64,000 nt of DNA from Narcine bancroftii (GCF_036971445.1 NC_091476.1:20708001-20772000), one strand, 5' to 3'; numbered from the stretch's first letter, positions 11,555-25,695 are shown. Notes: a model not told the origin generated them from the sequence alone. Translations and numbers: made by a program.

Positions 11555-12596
11555 TTCAAGTCAAGTTTATTGTCATCTGAATATACAAGTACAACCTGAC
11601 AAAACAGAGTTCTTTGGTTTTGGTTCAAAACATGCAGGCACACAACCAGACATAACACACATACAGACAAATAATACATACACAGGACAAATATTTCATC
11701 TATAAAAATAAATAATTTTTGTTTTGTACAAGTCTCAGATGGTTAGTGAGCAGTTCCTTTGGTCATTCAGCATTCTCACTGCCCATGTGAAGAAGCTGTT
11801 CCTCAGTCTGGTGGTGCTGGCTCTGATACTCCTGTATTTCTTTCCCAACGGGAGGAGCTGAAAGATGCTGCATGCATGGTGGAATGGGGCCTCAATGATA
11901 TTGCACGCCCTCTTCAGACAACAATCCCAGTAGATCACGTCAATCAGGGTGAGGAAGACTCCAGTGATCCTCTCTGCCACTCTTATGGTCTTGTGGATTG
12001 ACCTCCGATCCATTTCTATGCAGCAACTGTACCACTCTGTGCTTCAGCCAGCCAGGACATTTTTGACAGAGCTCCTATAGAAGGTTGAGGTAACAGTGGG
12101 AAATAGCCTTGCCCGCTTCAGTCTTCTCAGGAAGTGCAGTCACTGTTGCACCTTCCTGACAAGTGAAGAGATGCTGAGTGTCCACGATAAGTCACTAGTT
12201 CAGTGAACTCCAAGGTACAATGCTCGCTACTCTCTCTATTTATTGATGATGTGTAGTGGAGGGTTGTAATTCCTAGTCCTCCTGAAGTTCACGATCATCT
12301 TCTTCATCTTGTCCATATTGAGACTCAGGTTGTTTCTCTCGCACCATTTCACAAGATTTTCCACCTCTTCTCCAAAGGGCAACTCATCATTTTCACTGAT
12401 GAGGCCAACTACTGTTGTGCCATCTACAAACTTGATGACACTGTTGGAACTGGATCTGACAATGCAGTCATAGGTCAGTAGTGTGAACAGGAGGGGTCTG
12501 AGCATGCAGCCCTGAGGTGTGCCAGTGCTCAGTGTCATGGCGCTTGATATTCTGCTACCCATCTGTTGGGAAGTCCAGGATCCAATGGCAGGGGCC
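11555..12596 (-). mobile_element. Rex1/Babar-like LINE 3' fragment
   Basis: GTPQGCML.PLLFTLLT.DC and TTRLRNSFF.WAVRMLN; tail caataaacttgacttga. Confidence 0.85.
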
Positions 12597-12599
12597 TGA

Positions 12600-14750
12600 G
12601 CATCCCCTATCATTCATATTAATGTCAAATGTCCAGTCACTGGAGAATAAAATTAATGACCTGAGGGCAAGGCTGCTTCATCAGAGACAGTTTAGACAAA
12701 TCTTAGTTGTTTGCTGCATCAAGACCTGACTAACTGAGAACACACACCGAACACTGCTATTAAAACCAGATGGTTTCACCATTCATAGAGTGAATCGGAA
12801 CCCGGATTGAGGAAAAGGGGAGGGGGGCAATGTGTGCTTTTTCGTTTATACTGTGTGATGCACAGACATTGGGGTTAAGTCAATCTCCTGTTCTACTACC
12901 TTATAGCAAATCTTAGTGAAATGCAGACCCTTCTATCTCCCCCTGAAAGTTCTCATCAGTGATTCTTACTGGAGTTTATATCCCTCCCGACGCAGATTAC
13001 AAACAGGCATTTGCGGAGCTGCATGATTTGGTCAATAAACAAGAGACAGCCCAGCCTGAGTTGGGGACTTTAACCAGGCCTGTGTCGAGAAAACCCTGCC
13101 CAACTACCACCAGCATGTAACCTGCTGCACCAGAAGTCCCAGGACTCTCAATCTCTGCTGCACCAAGATTTTAAAAAAAGGCCATATGTCATTTCCCAAG
13201 ACCGTATTTTGCAAGTCAGATCACCTGGCTGTGCTCATTCTGCCTTCATACAGAGCCTAAAAAGAGAGGCGCCAGAGGTCAGGACAGCTAGAAGGTGGTC
13301 ACAGGAGGCTGAAGAATAATTAGAGAACTTCCTTAAGACAGCAAATTGGGTGGTGTTCAAGGACTCAGCTGAGAATCTGAATTCCACCAGGGCTATCACA
13401 GACTTTGACTATCAACCAGTAACACTTACATCAACAGTGACAAAGTGTTTTTAAAAGTTGGTGTTGAAGCGTATCAGCTCCTGTCTGTACAACGAGATGG
13501 ATACATTCCAGTTTGTCTATCTCAGCAACAGACCATCTCACTGGCTCTACACAATGCCCTGGAACATCTGAACAGAAAAGATGCATTCATTAGGATGCTC
13601 TTTATTGACTACAGTTCGGCATTTAATATCATCATCCCCTCAAAATAGATCCAACAATCTCCAAGATCTAGAACTCAACACCCTACAGTGTAATTGGATC
13701 CTGGATTTCCTCAACTACAGACCACAATCAGTGAGGATTGGTAAGAACATCTACTCCACAATCTCCATCAGTACAGCAGGATCACAGACCTGTGTTCTTA
13801 ATCCCCTGCTCTACTCACTTTACACCTACTACTGTGTGCCTCAGTATGACAATAACATTATGCAGAAATTCATTGACAATATCATGATAGTGGGTTGCAT
13901 AAAGAAAGGTGAAGAGTCAGCATATAGGAGGGAGATTGAAAACTTGGCTGAATGGTGGACCACAACAACCTTGCATTTAATGTCACCAAAACTAAGGAGC
14001 AGATTGTTGACCAGGAAGGGTAAACAAGAGGTATACACTCTTGTGATCATTGGGTGATCAGAGGAGGAGAGGGTGAGCAGATTTAAAATCTTGGGAGTCA
14101 CAATCTCAGAGGATCTTTACTGGAGCCAACACACTAATAGCATCATAAAGAAAGCATGTCAGCATCTCTACTTTGTCAGGAGTTTGTGGAGGTTTAGTAT
14201 GACATCAGAAACCCTGGCAGCTGCATCACGGTCTGGTATGGGGACTCCAATACACTTGAGCATAAAGCCCTCCAAAAGGTAGTGGACACAGCCCAGGGCA
14301 TCACAGGCAAATCCCTCCCCACTATTGAGAACAACTACTGGGAGCCATGCCAACAGAGAGCAACAGCAATTATCAAGAATCCACACCACTCAAAACATGC
14401 ACTGTTCTCGCTGCAACCATCAAGAAATAAATATAGGTGCCACAAGACTCGTACCACCAAGTTCAGGAACAGCTGCTACCCTTCCACCATCAGACTCCTC
14501 AACAACGAACAATCAGGAAGACAATTAAGGACCCTTGTGCACTTCACTGATTTGTTTATTCTCTCTGTATTACACAGTCAGTTTATTTACATTCATCATC
14601 TGTTTCCAGTTCTTTATATGTTTATATGTATATGCTGTGTACAGTTTTTTTTGCATTACTATTAAGTGGTAATTCTGCCTCACTCTCAGAAAAAAGAATC
14701 TCAGGGTTGTATGTGATGTTATGTATGCACTGAGAAGAAATCTGAATTAA
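12600..14750 (+). mobile_element. Rex1/Babar-like LINE, internally deleted and decayed
   Basis: EN start NVQSLENKINDLRARL; [12 protein letters not shown]; CNWILDFL..RPQ.V; TTKFRNSCYP; EN-to-RT deletion near 13405. Confidence 0.85.
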
Positions 14751-15554
14751 AGAGAGGGGTGTTGAGTCCCAGCGAGGACAGCTTCTCCACCATCTAGGGA
14801 ATAATCATATTAAACGCCAAGCTGAAGTCAATCAACAGCAGCCTGGTGTATGAGGCATCGCTCTCCAGGTGTGCCAGGATAGATTGAATTGACCAGGCTA
14901 TAGCATCATTTATGGAATTTTCTTCCATAGGCAAATTGAAATGTTTATACTTCATTCAAGCCAAAAGGTGGCTCTCTAGATAATGGGGAATGGTCAATAT
15001 TTTCCAGGGTCACGCTTTAAAACATTGTTGTCTGTGGATGTAGGTTGACAAGAGAATATTGGTCTTGCAATTATGTGGAATGTCTATTCTCTTTTTATTC
15101 TTTTCTGTGCATTCTTATCTTCCCTTTTGTGTATGCTTCTCCAATCTTTCCTGAATTGTACTGATTCATAAGCTCTTCAATTGCTCCTTAACCATATAAC
15201 CATTTACGGAGCGGAAACAGGCCATGTTGGCCTTTCAAGTCTGCACCGGTTCACTGATTTTGTGCGCCCTCTTCAGGCATTGGTCCCGGTAGATCTTCAT
15301 CAAAATTCAATTATCATGTTATAAAGTGCAATATTGCACAAATTTCAATTCATTCAGATATAAAACAGAGATGCATTAGCAGAAAGTAAATTAAAGTGCT
15401 TCTTTCAGTCAAAAGAGAATTCTCTGAGACCCTGAAGCCCCCAAACCCAGCCCTTGTCCACAAGCAGCCAGCCACCGCCCCCACCCCCCCCCCCCACCCT
15501 CCCCCCCCCCACAATCCAGCCCAAACCATCAAATGCAGTTGCCTTGTTTAAAAA

Positions 15555-15780
15555 AGGTAATGGGGAGAATCCTGGGAATTATAGACCAGTATAGGATCTA
15601 TGAGCATTTGGAGAAGGACAGTCAGCATGGCTCTGTGAAGGGAAGGTCATGCCTCGTGAGTCTAAATGAGTTTTATTTGAAGGGGGTAACAAAGGAAATC
15701 AATGAAGATAGGGTGGTAGATGTGGTCTACATGGATTTTAGCAAGAATTTGACGAGACTCATTCAGAACGTAATTTGGCA
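15555..15780 (+). mobile_element. CR1 RT fragment
   Basis: SQHGSVKGRSCL...VDVVYMDFSK. Confidence 0.8.
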
Positions 15781-15914
15781 GGACTTGTTGTGGTAATGAA
15801 GTTCACAATCTTACCAATCTTCGGTGAAAACATCTTTTCTGATTTTTAATGGATTTCTTGGTGACCTGTTCTATGCCACAAATTTTAAAAAATCTAAATC
15901 AACCTCATCAAAAG

Positions 15915-16180
15915 AGGCGGCACAGTTGGTATAGCAATTAACGCAACACCTTTATGGCACCAGTGATTGGTACAGGGGTTTGAATCCCACACTGTCAGTA
16001 AGGAGTTTGTACGTTCTCTCCACATCTGCATGGGATTTCCCCAGGGGCTCCAGTTTCCTCCCAATATTCAAAGCATACTGGGGGGGTGCAGGTTAATTGA
16101 CTGTAAATTGGGCAGCACTGATTCGTAGACCAAAATAGCCTGTTATCATGCTGTTTGTCTGAAGTTAAAATTTAAATTTA
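15915..16180 (+). mobile_element. tRNA-derived V-SINE (HE1-like)
   Basis: ggcggcacagttggtatagc head, B box GGTTTGAATCC, core gtaaggagtttgtacgttctc; related copies at 34030-34270 and 48345-48560. Confidence 0.75.
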
Positions 16181-16365
16181 AAAAACTTGATAATTTTATA
16201 ATGGAATCAAGAAAGTCTGCAGATGCTGTGATTGTAGTTAATGTGCTGGAATTAGCAGTTTAGATCAGCAGTCAGTGCATTTATTTTTGCTAAAGTCATT
16301 TGCAACAATTTAGAACATTTCATTCATTTTCAACATTCTGTTCTTTTAAAACTATTCTCTGTTAC

Positions 16366-16490
16366 CTCAAGAGCAATTTGGGCAGCGAGACTCAAAATAT
16401 CGGTCACTGGGATTCTGTTGGTTAACAGATTATCCTCGTACCATTCTGGTTTTTCTGCAAGTTTCCCTACAGCTTTAATTGCCTGGTCAG
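16366..16490 (-). CDS. TEX11: TEX11 exon (A)DQAIKAVGKLAEKPEWYEDNLLTNRIPVTDILSLAAQIALE
   Basis: gctacag|CT...GAG|gtaaca; 125 nt; LSLAAQ.ALE motif. Confidence 0.93.
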
Positions 16491-18284
16491 CTGTAGCACA
16501 ATAGAAATGTACAGCAATTAAGTATTTCTAGTCAGAATTTACAACAATTTAAAATAACTATTATTTAACTTGGAATACACTTTACTTTGGCAGTAGCTCA
16601 TGGTTAATAAGTAAAATTTAACATTTACACTTTATACTTGTCTTATTTAATGTAATACCATTCAAAAAGTAAAAGTACAACTGTATTTTCTGGCTTATTT
16701 ACATTTCATTATCCTTCACTTTCCTCCCAAACTTTCTCAAAACCATGCAATCTAGCAAGGGTTGGCAAATAGATAAGTTCCTTGCCTTAACTTTTAATTG
16801 AAATTTGTGCATCTCTCCTACCCAACCATATAAAGTATAGATCCCCCATCTCTCATTCCCTGCCACAATCCCACTTGCCTTCCTCCATGAAATTTTAGTA
16901 AAGATACAAGTCTATAAGTTGATTTGTCCTGCAAAGGTGAATCTGGGGCAGAAAGCAACTCGCTTGTGAACCTGCTGACAATGTAGATCAACAAATTGTT
17001 TTTACACAAACAAGGACCTTATCTTTCAGCGCTACAACCAGCAAATTAGGTTGAATCTAATGTGAAAATGGAGGGAATGGCTTGTGGTCATAGGGAAGCC
17101 CACATTTACAGATGGAAAAGGTTGGGGTATCAAATCAGGAATTATGCTTCCCCTGGTCAGTAAGGGAAGAGATTGAACTGGTGATTAAGTTACCATTTAG
17201 GGAGTTTGGGTGAGTTGGTAGGTGGTCAGTCTTTGTGAATATTGGCTTAGATTTAAGAGTGGGGGTGAGTTGTAAATGAGCTGCTGGTAACTAGAGAATG
17301 TCAGATACATAAAAGAGGCCACCCCAAATTTGATTCTTAAGCCTAACTTACGACCTGCTTAGGAGGTTGACAGGTGCTATGAAAGCCTGCTTCTATATCA
17401 GTGACCCACATAAGGTCCAGTCTTTGCATGCAGTGAAAATTCTTGAAACACACAAGTCTAGGAATCTCTCTGGGAGTGTCTGGAACAAGACCTGAGAACT
17501 TTAATCCACATCATTTTTAACCATGCATGATCTTCAGAGAAATTGTATTGCAAAGTGCATAGAAAAACAATGCTCCACTTTCTGTGTATTTTCTCGTAAG
17601 ATTCAACATCATTAAGGGACTGGTGGTTATTGGATGTGTGAATTTCTTGCATAAGGAACACAACTATAGACCTTTAATTTTCTAACAGTCTAACAAACAT
17701 TTTAAAAAGCAAAAAAATTGCAGATGCTGGTTTTATATGAGGATTGTGGAGAAACACATGGCCTCCCTGTCTGGAATATTGTGGATTGTGGGAGGTCATG
17801 TATCCTCCTGCACTGAAACTTATTCTGAAGTCACATCACCAATCAAGTGGACTCCGGGCACTCATTAGTGCACACCTTGCCATTGGCGAATTTAAACTAT
17901 CTAGGGACATTATAGCCTTAATGCCAAGATCAGAACTGTACTGCAGTGTCCTTTATGTAGCTTGAGCACTTCATCAAAATATGAGAAAATGCCGGCAAAC
18001 ATCTGAACAAAAGAATTGGGGTGGGGGAGGGGGGGGCAAAGATGATAGGTGGAGAAAGGAAGAGGATGACTGCGCTGGATGGGTGAAAAAACTGGAAAGA
18101 CAGGAAAAGGAGGGAGGGGAAAGAAAAGGCAAGCAGATTTAATGAAAAGCAATAAAGTCAATGTTCATGTCATGTGGCTGGAGAGTGCCCAGATGTAAAA
18201 TAAGGTATTGTTTCTACAATCAGGGTGGTCTCCACATAAAATAATTGATCCAAGTATTTCCAAAATTTTCTATTTTTACCATAC

Positions 18285-18387
18285 CTTTTTGAAGGTCACC
18301 TTCCAAAATGGCAACTTTGTAAACACTGAACTGTGTAAAGATATTATCAGGGTCAATTCGTTCTGCTTCTTGTATGGCATCTTTTGC
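18285..18387 (-). CDS. TEX11: TEX11 exon AKDAIQEAERIDPDNIFTQFSVYKVAILEGDLQK
   Basis: tttttag|GCA...G|gtatgg; 103 nt; EAER.DP.N.FTQF motif. Confidence 0.95.
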
Positions 18388-18714
18388 CTAAAAATGAAAA
18401 AGACAACATTGAGAGAGAAGATGCATTAATTTACAATCTAAAATAGTCTAGCCATTCAAAATCAGAATTTATTGTAATGAACATGCAACAAAATTGGTTG
18501 TTTTGTAGCAGGATTGTGTGTGGGAACCGTCAGTCACTGGTTTGTTAAACATTGTCGACTGTGTCTATTGAGGTCGATCCTGGAACGGCAGGCTCTGTCA
18601 CAGTTGCTGCATGGACGAAAGCAAAGTTGGAGTGGGCTCTCCAGGGCACAAGCCAGTGCAGAGTTGATATGGAGATCCGTCTGTTGCCCATGTTGGAGTC
18701 CACAATCAGCTCCT

Positions 18715-19340
18715 TAATTTTACTAATATTGAGTGCAAGTTTTTTGTAGTGACACCACTCAACTAATTGATCTATCTCACTCCTGTATGCCTCCTAGTTG
18801 TCTTCTGTGATTCTGCCAATGACCGTGATGTCATCGGCAAATTTATAGATGGCATTTGAACAGTCATGTTGTTCAGCAAGTAGAGGATTGGGCCTAAGCA
18901 CGCATCCTTGAGGGGCACTTGTGTCGATTGTCAGTGAGGAGCAGACATTGTTTCTGATTCATACTGACTGTGGTCTTCCAATGAGGAAGTCAAGGATTCA
19001 GTTGCAGAGGGAGATGCAGAGGCCCAGGTTTTGGAATTTGCTGATGAGTACTGAGGGTATGATGGTGTTGAAGGTGAGCTGCAGTGGATGCAGATTAGCC
19101 TGACATACATGCTGCTGTTACATGCTGCTGTTATCTTGGTGATCCAGAGCTGAGTGGAGATACAGTGAGATTGCATATGCAGTGGAGTGATTGTGACAAT
19201 AGGCAAATTACAATGGGTCCAAATCTTTATTTAGGTATGTGTTAATTCTGGCCATTTCATCACAGAAGAAGTGAGTACTACTGGGTGAGAGTCATTGAGA
19301 CAGCTCGCTCTGCTCTTCTTGGGCACAAGTATTATTGATG
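18715..19340 (-). mobile_element. Rex1/Babar-like RT fragment
   Basis: Minus-strand CNWILDFL.GRPQSV...PQGCVL.P.L-like sequence; edges approximate. Confidence 0.75.
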
Positions 19341-19819
19341 CTAAATCAATATACAGAGGTACCAATCAGAGAGTGCAATACTGGATCTCCTATTAGGGAA
19401 ACATGGTAGGACAAGTGACAGAAGTATGTGTGGGGGAACATTTTGGGACCAGTGATCATAAAGCCATTAGTTCCAAGTTAAAATATGGAGAATGATAGAT
19501 CTGGGCTTCATTTTGATATTCTAATTTGGAGAAAAGCCAATTGTGGGGAAATGAGAAAGGTTTTAGAATGCATGGATTAGGATAAGTTGTTTTTGGGCAA
19601 GGATGTGTGAGGTAAGTGGAGGATCTTCAAAAGTGAAATTTTGAGAGTATAGAGTTTGTATGTTCCTGTTAAAGTGAGCAGGCTTAGGGAACCTTGGTTT
19701 TTGAGGATCTGATTCTGAAGAAGTGCAAAGTGTACAGCAGGTATAGGCATCATTAAGCAAATGAAGTAAATGAATATATTTTTAAAAAATGCAAGAAAAA
19801 TCAGCAAGGCTAAAAGAAG

Positions 19820-22800
19820 TGCTTGGACACCCTAAACAGAGCAACCCCATCGTCGCTAGGAGTGGGTTTTACTGGTTCTCAGGACGAGCCATCAATCAAC
19901 TAATCCAGTCCCGTGCATGAGAGTTCCCTCGGGACCAATGGCATTGAAAATAGTATAAATAATTGTAAGTAAAAGGATTCATTCTTTGGATTTGGGAAAA
20001 CACTGGTGCCTGTCGTTTCTCTCTGGGTCTAAAGAGGTGAAGCTTGTATTTCACACAACGCATGCACAGCACAAACATTCGGCACATTTACAACATTTTG
20101 GTGACGAGATGACAATGTCAGTCACAATGGAATAGCTGCAGTTGTCCTCAAGCAGCTGCAAAGAAACTTTGAAGAAATACAAGCAAGGCTAATTCACTAG
20201 ATGGCAGAGAAAATATCCATTGGGACTCCAGCCATTGGCAGAGGTGAGTCTGAAGTTGATTCAAACTTCGCAGATGCTTTAATGAGCTATAATCACAGTT
20301 CTCATTTGACCCAGAGTCCAGCACATTTGAAACTCGGTTTAAAAAAAAAATGAAGGCTTATTTGCAGTTGACTGTGCCAAGTTCAATAATGCGTTGAAAA
20401 TTAGGCTGTTGTGGAAGTTTGGGACTTGTGAACACAAGCGCTATAAAAAGTTCATTCTGCCAAAACTTCCCATGACCTCAGCTTCAGGGAAATACTTAAT
20501 GTGTTGGCAGAGATATTCGATGAGCAAACATCACTGTTCAACATTTGGTATCAGTGCCTCAAAATGACTAAGGCACTGAAGATTTCATGACATAAATAGG
20601 TATGGTGAATCGATAGTGCGAGCTTTTTAAACTCCCTACGCTAACTGGAAACCAGTTTAAGTGTCTAGTTTTTGTAGCGGAATGCAGTCGCACAAGATGC
20701 CGACCTCAGAATACATTTGCTTGTGAAGATTGAACAGGAGTCAGATATGATTCTTCAAAGATTAACAGCCGAATACCATTGCTTAATTTAATCTGAAACG
20801 TGAGAGCAAAACGGTGAAAGCAGCTCACCCATCTTCAGGGGTTGTGTCCAGAAAGTTTGCCGACCATGCAAGAAAAAACAAAAGTGTGACCCACCCAGCC
20901 AAACTGCCCAGTGCCTGTTAAAACTGCAATGAGTGGCACTACGCTCATGACTGCCCGTACAGACTTCAACACTGCAGTAAATGCAAGTGCCTGGGGCATA
21001 AAGCAGAATGCTGCAGAGCTGGAAGAGGAAAAACATCTGATAAGTTCTCTTCACAGTGAAAAATGAAAACTATCAGAGCGACTTTCAAGGTGGCTAAGGC
21101 CAAATGCAGGAAATATGTGAAAGTGCACAATGGTATCCCAGTGAGGCTTCAAATTGATACAGAGTCTGACATTACCCTAATATCAAAGAAAATGTGGAAA
21201 CATTGATCAGTCAAAGGTGACTCTAACCCAAAACACAGAACGGAACGCTTCCTGGGAGTGGGGGGGGATCTTGAAGTTGTTAGCTTCAGTTGACTGTTCC
21301 ATCAACTTAAACAGCACAGAAGAAAATGGGACATGTTATCTGGTAAAATGTCCTAACCTTGATCTCATGGGTCTCAACTGAATCAAAACATTGAACCTTC
21401 TGGACCAGCCACTCAACAATATTTGCCACAAGCTACAAGTGTCACATACCCCACAAGAGGCAAATACCCAACAAAAGTTGCTGGTACAGCTAAACCAACG
21501 CCATTCAACTGTATTTTCCAAATGCCTTGGCTGGTGCACTAAAACAAAGGCGAATCTCTGTCTTCTGCCAAACGCGAAATCGACTTTCCAGTCAACATGA
21601 CCTGTCCCATATGTAACACTAAGAAATGGAGCAAGAATTGGAACAGCTGCAGCATGAATGAATAAATGAACAGGTCAACTACTCATCATGGGCTGTACCT
21701 ATTGTGGTAGTGAAAAAAAAATCAAATGGCTCCATATGTCTGTTTCCTGATTTCTCAACTGGTCTGAATGCAATACTGGACATCCATCAATACCCACTGC
21801 CATTGCCTGATGACCTCTTCACTAAGTTGAATGGTGGCAAAGATTGACTTAGCAGAGGCTTATCTACAGGTGGAGGTTGATGACAAATCAAAGGAATTTC
21901 TAACCATCAACATGCACTGTGGACTGTTCAGATACACGTCTACCATTCAGAGTGAAGACGGCTCCATCTATCTTTCTATAGATCATTGACACAATGCTGA
22001 ACAATGTTCTGGGAGTTACAGTGTACCTAGATGACATCCTGGTAATGCTCAAGAATTGTTTGGTCATCTTGATTGCATTCTATCCTGCATCAAAGATTAC
22101 GGTTTTTAAGTGCATCCAGAAAAATTCCCATTTTTCATTAAGTCAGTGACATATCTTGGTTTCATCACCGACGAACATGGATGACAGCCAGATCCACAAA
22201 ACACTGATACTATCAAGCGCATGCCTGCACCCACAGATGTGACCATGCTATGTTAATTCCTGGGTCTTATCAGTCATTACAATTAATTTCTGCTGGAGAT
22301 ACATGTACTCTGCAATCCACTCAACAAACTCCTTAACATGGGTAGCAAATAGAAATGGGCATCAAAAAGTCAAGAGCATTAAATCGAGTTATATCGATGC
22401 TAAACTCAAACCTTCCTTTGATGCACTATGATCCAAACTTCAAGATTGATGTAGCTTCAGATGCATCACAGTCTGGGTGGGTGCAGTCATTTCTCACATA
22501 TTCCCAGATGGGAATCAAAAGGCCACAGCACATGCAGCTCTGTAAAAGCAGCAGAGCATAACTATGGAAAATTGAAAAGGAAGTTCCAGCAATAATTTTT
22601 GCGGTGAGGAATTCCATAAAAGGCTCTATGGACAGCAATTCACGCTTCTGACAGATAACAAGCCGCTCCTAGCAGTAGTTGGTTCAAAGAAAAGAATCCC
22701 AATTTACACAGCAAACTGTCTGCAAAGTTGTTACTTGCTTATGACTTCAAAATTAAATACCCTCCGACCTCAAGTATCGGGAAAGTTGATGCACTGTCAT

Positions 22801-24927
22801 GACTTATTCTTTGGCTTGGTTTCGCGGACGAAGATTTATGGAGGGGGTAAATGTCCACGTCAGCTGCAGGCTCGTTTGTGGCTGACAAGTCTGATGCGGG
22901 ACAGGCAGACACGGTTGCAGCGGTTGCAGGGGAAAATTGGTTGGTTGGGGTTGGGTGTTGGGTTTTTCCTCCTTTGTCTTTTGTCAGTGAGGTGGGCTCT
23001 GCGGTCTTCTTCAAAGGAGGTTGCTGCCCGCCGAACTGTGAGGCGCCAAGATGCACGGTTTGAGGCGATATCAGCCCACTGACGGTGGTCAATGTGGCAG
23101 GCACCAACAGATTTCTTTAGGCAGTCCTTGTACCTCTTCTTTGGTGCACCTCTGTCACGGTGGCCAGTGGAGAGCTCGCCGTATAATACGATCTTGGGAA
23201 GGCGATGGTCCTCCATTCTGGACTTATTAGTGAGCAGGAAATCAAGCCAGAAGATATTCTTGTCGTGGAACTCTCTGAAGAGGCAGAGGTCAACCAGGTA
23301 TTCAAAGATGTTATTAACTTACTGCCATACACAGAATAAAGAGACAAGCAACGAGTAAAGACAACCTCCAACAAGAGATAATGCATTATGGATTATCATC
23401 GATCGGGGTGGCAAAAAATGTCCATGAATAGAAATCCAGCCATTCTTCAAAAGACGAGAATCACTGGCAATCACTAATGGATGTCTGATGTTTGCAAAAA
23501 GTATTGTGATTCCCAAAGCTCTGCAATCTACAATCCTCAAACAGTTTCACAATGGACATCCTGGAACAAATCGAGGGAAAGCACTTGCACAAAGCTATGG
23601 TTTTTTTGGTGTCTGATGGATGACCAGATCGAACAACAAACACGGTCATGTATCCAATGTGCCTTGGCTGTGAAATTCCCTGTTAAAATGAATCTACATT
23701 CCTGGCTTCAACCAAGCAGGCCAAGGAATTGCCTTCATATTGATTATGCAGGACCAATTGATGGAAATCACTACCTAATCATAGTGGACACATACTCCAA
23801 ATGGCCTGAGATTATCAAAGTAGCCCAATGAACTGCATCGGTTACATTCATGGAACTCAAGTCCATATTCAATCACTTTGGTTCTCCTGTAACATTAGTT
23901 TCAGACAACGGGACACAATTCACTGAAGCTGGCTTTGATCTTTTTGCAAGCAATACGGCATCACACATATTCACTCGCTTCCATATCATGATCCGTCCAA
24001 TGGTCAAGCAGAATATTTTGTGGGTATGTTCAAACAAGCTCTGAACAAGGCCAAGGGGAAGGGTGCAACAGAGGAGATCCTGCAGACATTCTTGTTAAAT
24101 TATAGGATCACTCCAAACCCACGAACTCCAAGTGGCACTTCGCCTGCTGAAAACCTCTTTGGTAGGAAAATAAGAGCAGCATAATGATGTCATATTTCCA
24201 CAAAAAAACCAAAATTTGGAATGAGAGATTATGATATGGAACAACAGTATAATTGCCAGTATTGATCCAAAGAAAGCATGTTTCATATGGTCAATGTGTG
24301 TTGGTGCAGAAATACAGAGATAGGTCAGATCTATGGCAGCTGGAAAGAATCCTAAGAAAAACTGGAGATGTTCGCTACCATGTACGAGTTGAACCAGACA
24401 TGTCAACCCACTGCGACCAACAGAATGCAACCTTGCTGAAACAACATCTGTGCAACTTAGCCTGGATGCCCTGTTGGATACATTTGAACTTCAGAAACCT
24501 TTAAACCACCAATCACACAGAAATGAGCCTTTACCTTCTACATCACTGAAACCTGTAAGGAAGTCTCAAAGAGTTCGGAAACCAGTGAAGCCCTTCCAAG
24601 TGAATCCCAGACTCCACTCACATGAGTAAGCACATCCAAGATACTTGGATGCCCTAAACAGAGCGACCCCACTGTCGCTAGAAGTGGGTGCTACCAGTTC
24701 TCGGGACTTGAGACATCAATCAACTAATTCAGACACGTGTGTGAGAGGGCTTGCCAGAGTTCCTTCTAAACCAAGGGTATTGTAAATATTATAAGTAGTT
24801 CTCTAATTGTAAATAATTGAATTTGGGAAAACACTGGTGTCTGTCATTTCTCTCCGTGTCTAACGAGGTGGAAGCTTGTATTTAACACAACGTGGGCACA
24901 GCACAAACATTCGGCACATTTACCACA
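19820..24927 (+). mobile_element. complete decayed Gypsy LTR retrotransposon (LTRs 19820-20095 and 24642-24927)
   Basis: TSD agaag at 19815-19819 and 24928-24932; PBS tggtgacgag; protease QIDT, RT VYLDDIL, RNase H DAS, integrase HIDYAGP and VSDNGTQF; many stops and frameshifts. Confidence 0.95.
22809..23220 (-). mobile_element. short RTE 3' fragment inserted in Gypsy pol
   Basis: TSD gacttatt at 22801-22808 and 23221-23228; ORF 22860..23216 matches the other RTE C-termini. Confidence 0.95.
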
Positions 24928-25695
24928 AGAAGACATGAATTTGCTTTGGCAGACAATGTGAAGGAAAATCCTAATAGTTTCTACAGGTATATCAAGAACA
25001 AAAGGATAGTAAGAAACAAAGTTGGTCCCCTTTAAGATCAGAGTGTCAGCTTTGTATGGAGCCAAAAGAGATGGGGGATAATCTTAAATGTATTTTTCCC
25101 TATCAGTATTCACTCAGGAAACGGGCAGAGTCAAGGGAAGTAAGGAAAACAAGAAGTGAGGTCATGGAACCTATACAGAGTAAAGAGGAGGAAGTGCTTG
25201 TTGTCTTAAAGCAAATAAAGGTGGATAAATCTCCAGAGCCTGACAAGATATTCCCTTGGACCTTCAGGGAGGCTAGTGTAGAAATTGCAGGGGTTCTGGC
25301 AAAAATGTTTAAAATGTCCTTAGGCATGGATGTGGAGACAGAGGATTGGAGGGTAACTCATGTTGTTCCGTTGTTTTAAAAAGGCTACAAAAGTTATCCT
25401 GGAAATTATAAGGTGGTGAGCCTGACATCAGTAGTAGGTAAATTATTGGAAGGTGTTCTAAGAGATCAGATATAGAATTATTTGGATAGCCAGATAGTCA
25501 ACATGGTTTTTTGTGTTGAAAGTTGTATTTAACCAATCTTAGATTTTTTTCAAGTTACCAGGAAAACTGACAAAGGAAAGTTGACAAAGGAAAGTCCACA
25601 TAGACTTTAACAAGGTCCTATGTGGGAGGTTGGTCAGGAAGATTCAGACGCTAGGTATTCATGGTGAAGTAGCGAACTGGATTCGACAATAGCTC

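Larger units (their letters stand above)
19350..25695 (+). mobile_element. decayed CR1 LINE split by the Gypsy provirus
   Basis: LGTSDH before the Gypsy; KAKR|RHEFALADNVKENP reads through the insertion site; VDKSPEPD and EDWRVTHVVPLF after it. Confidence 0.85.

Noticed and set aside
15915-15990. tRNA gene
   Set aside because: A/B-box-like head of a SINE continuing into the SINE core; no cloverleaf.
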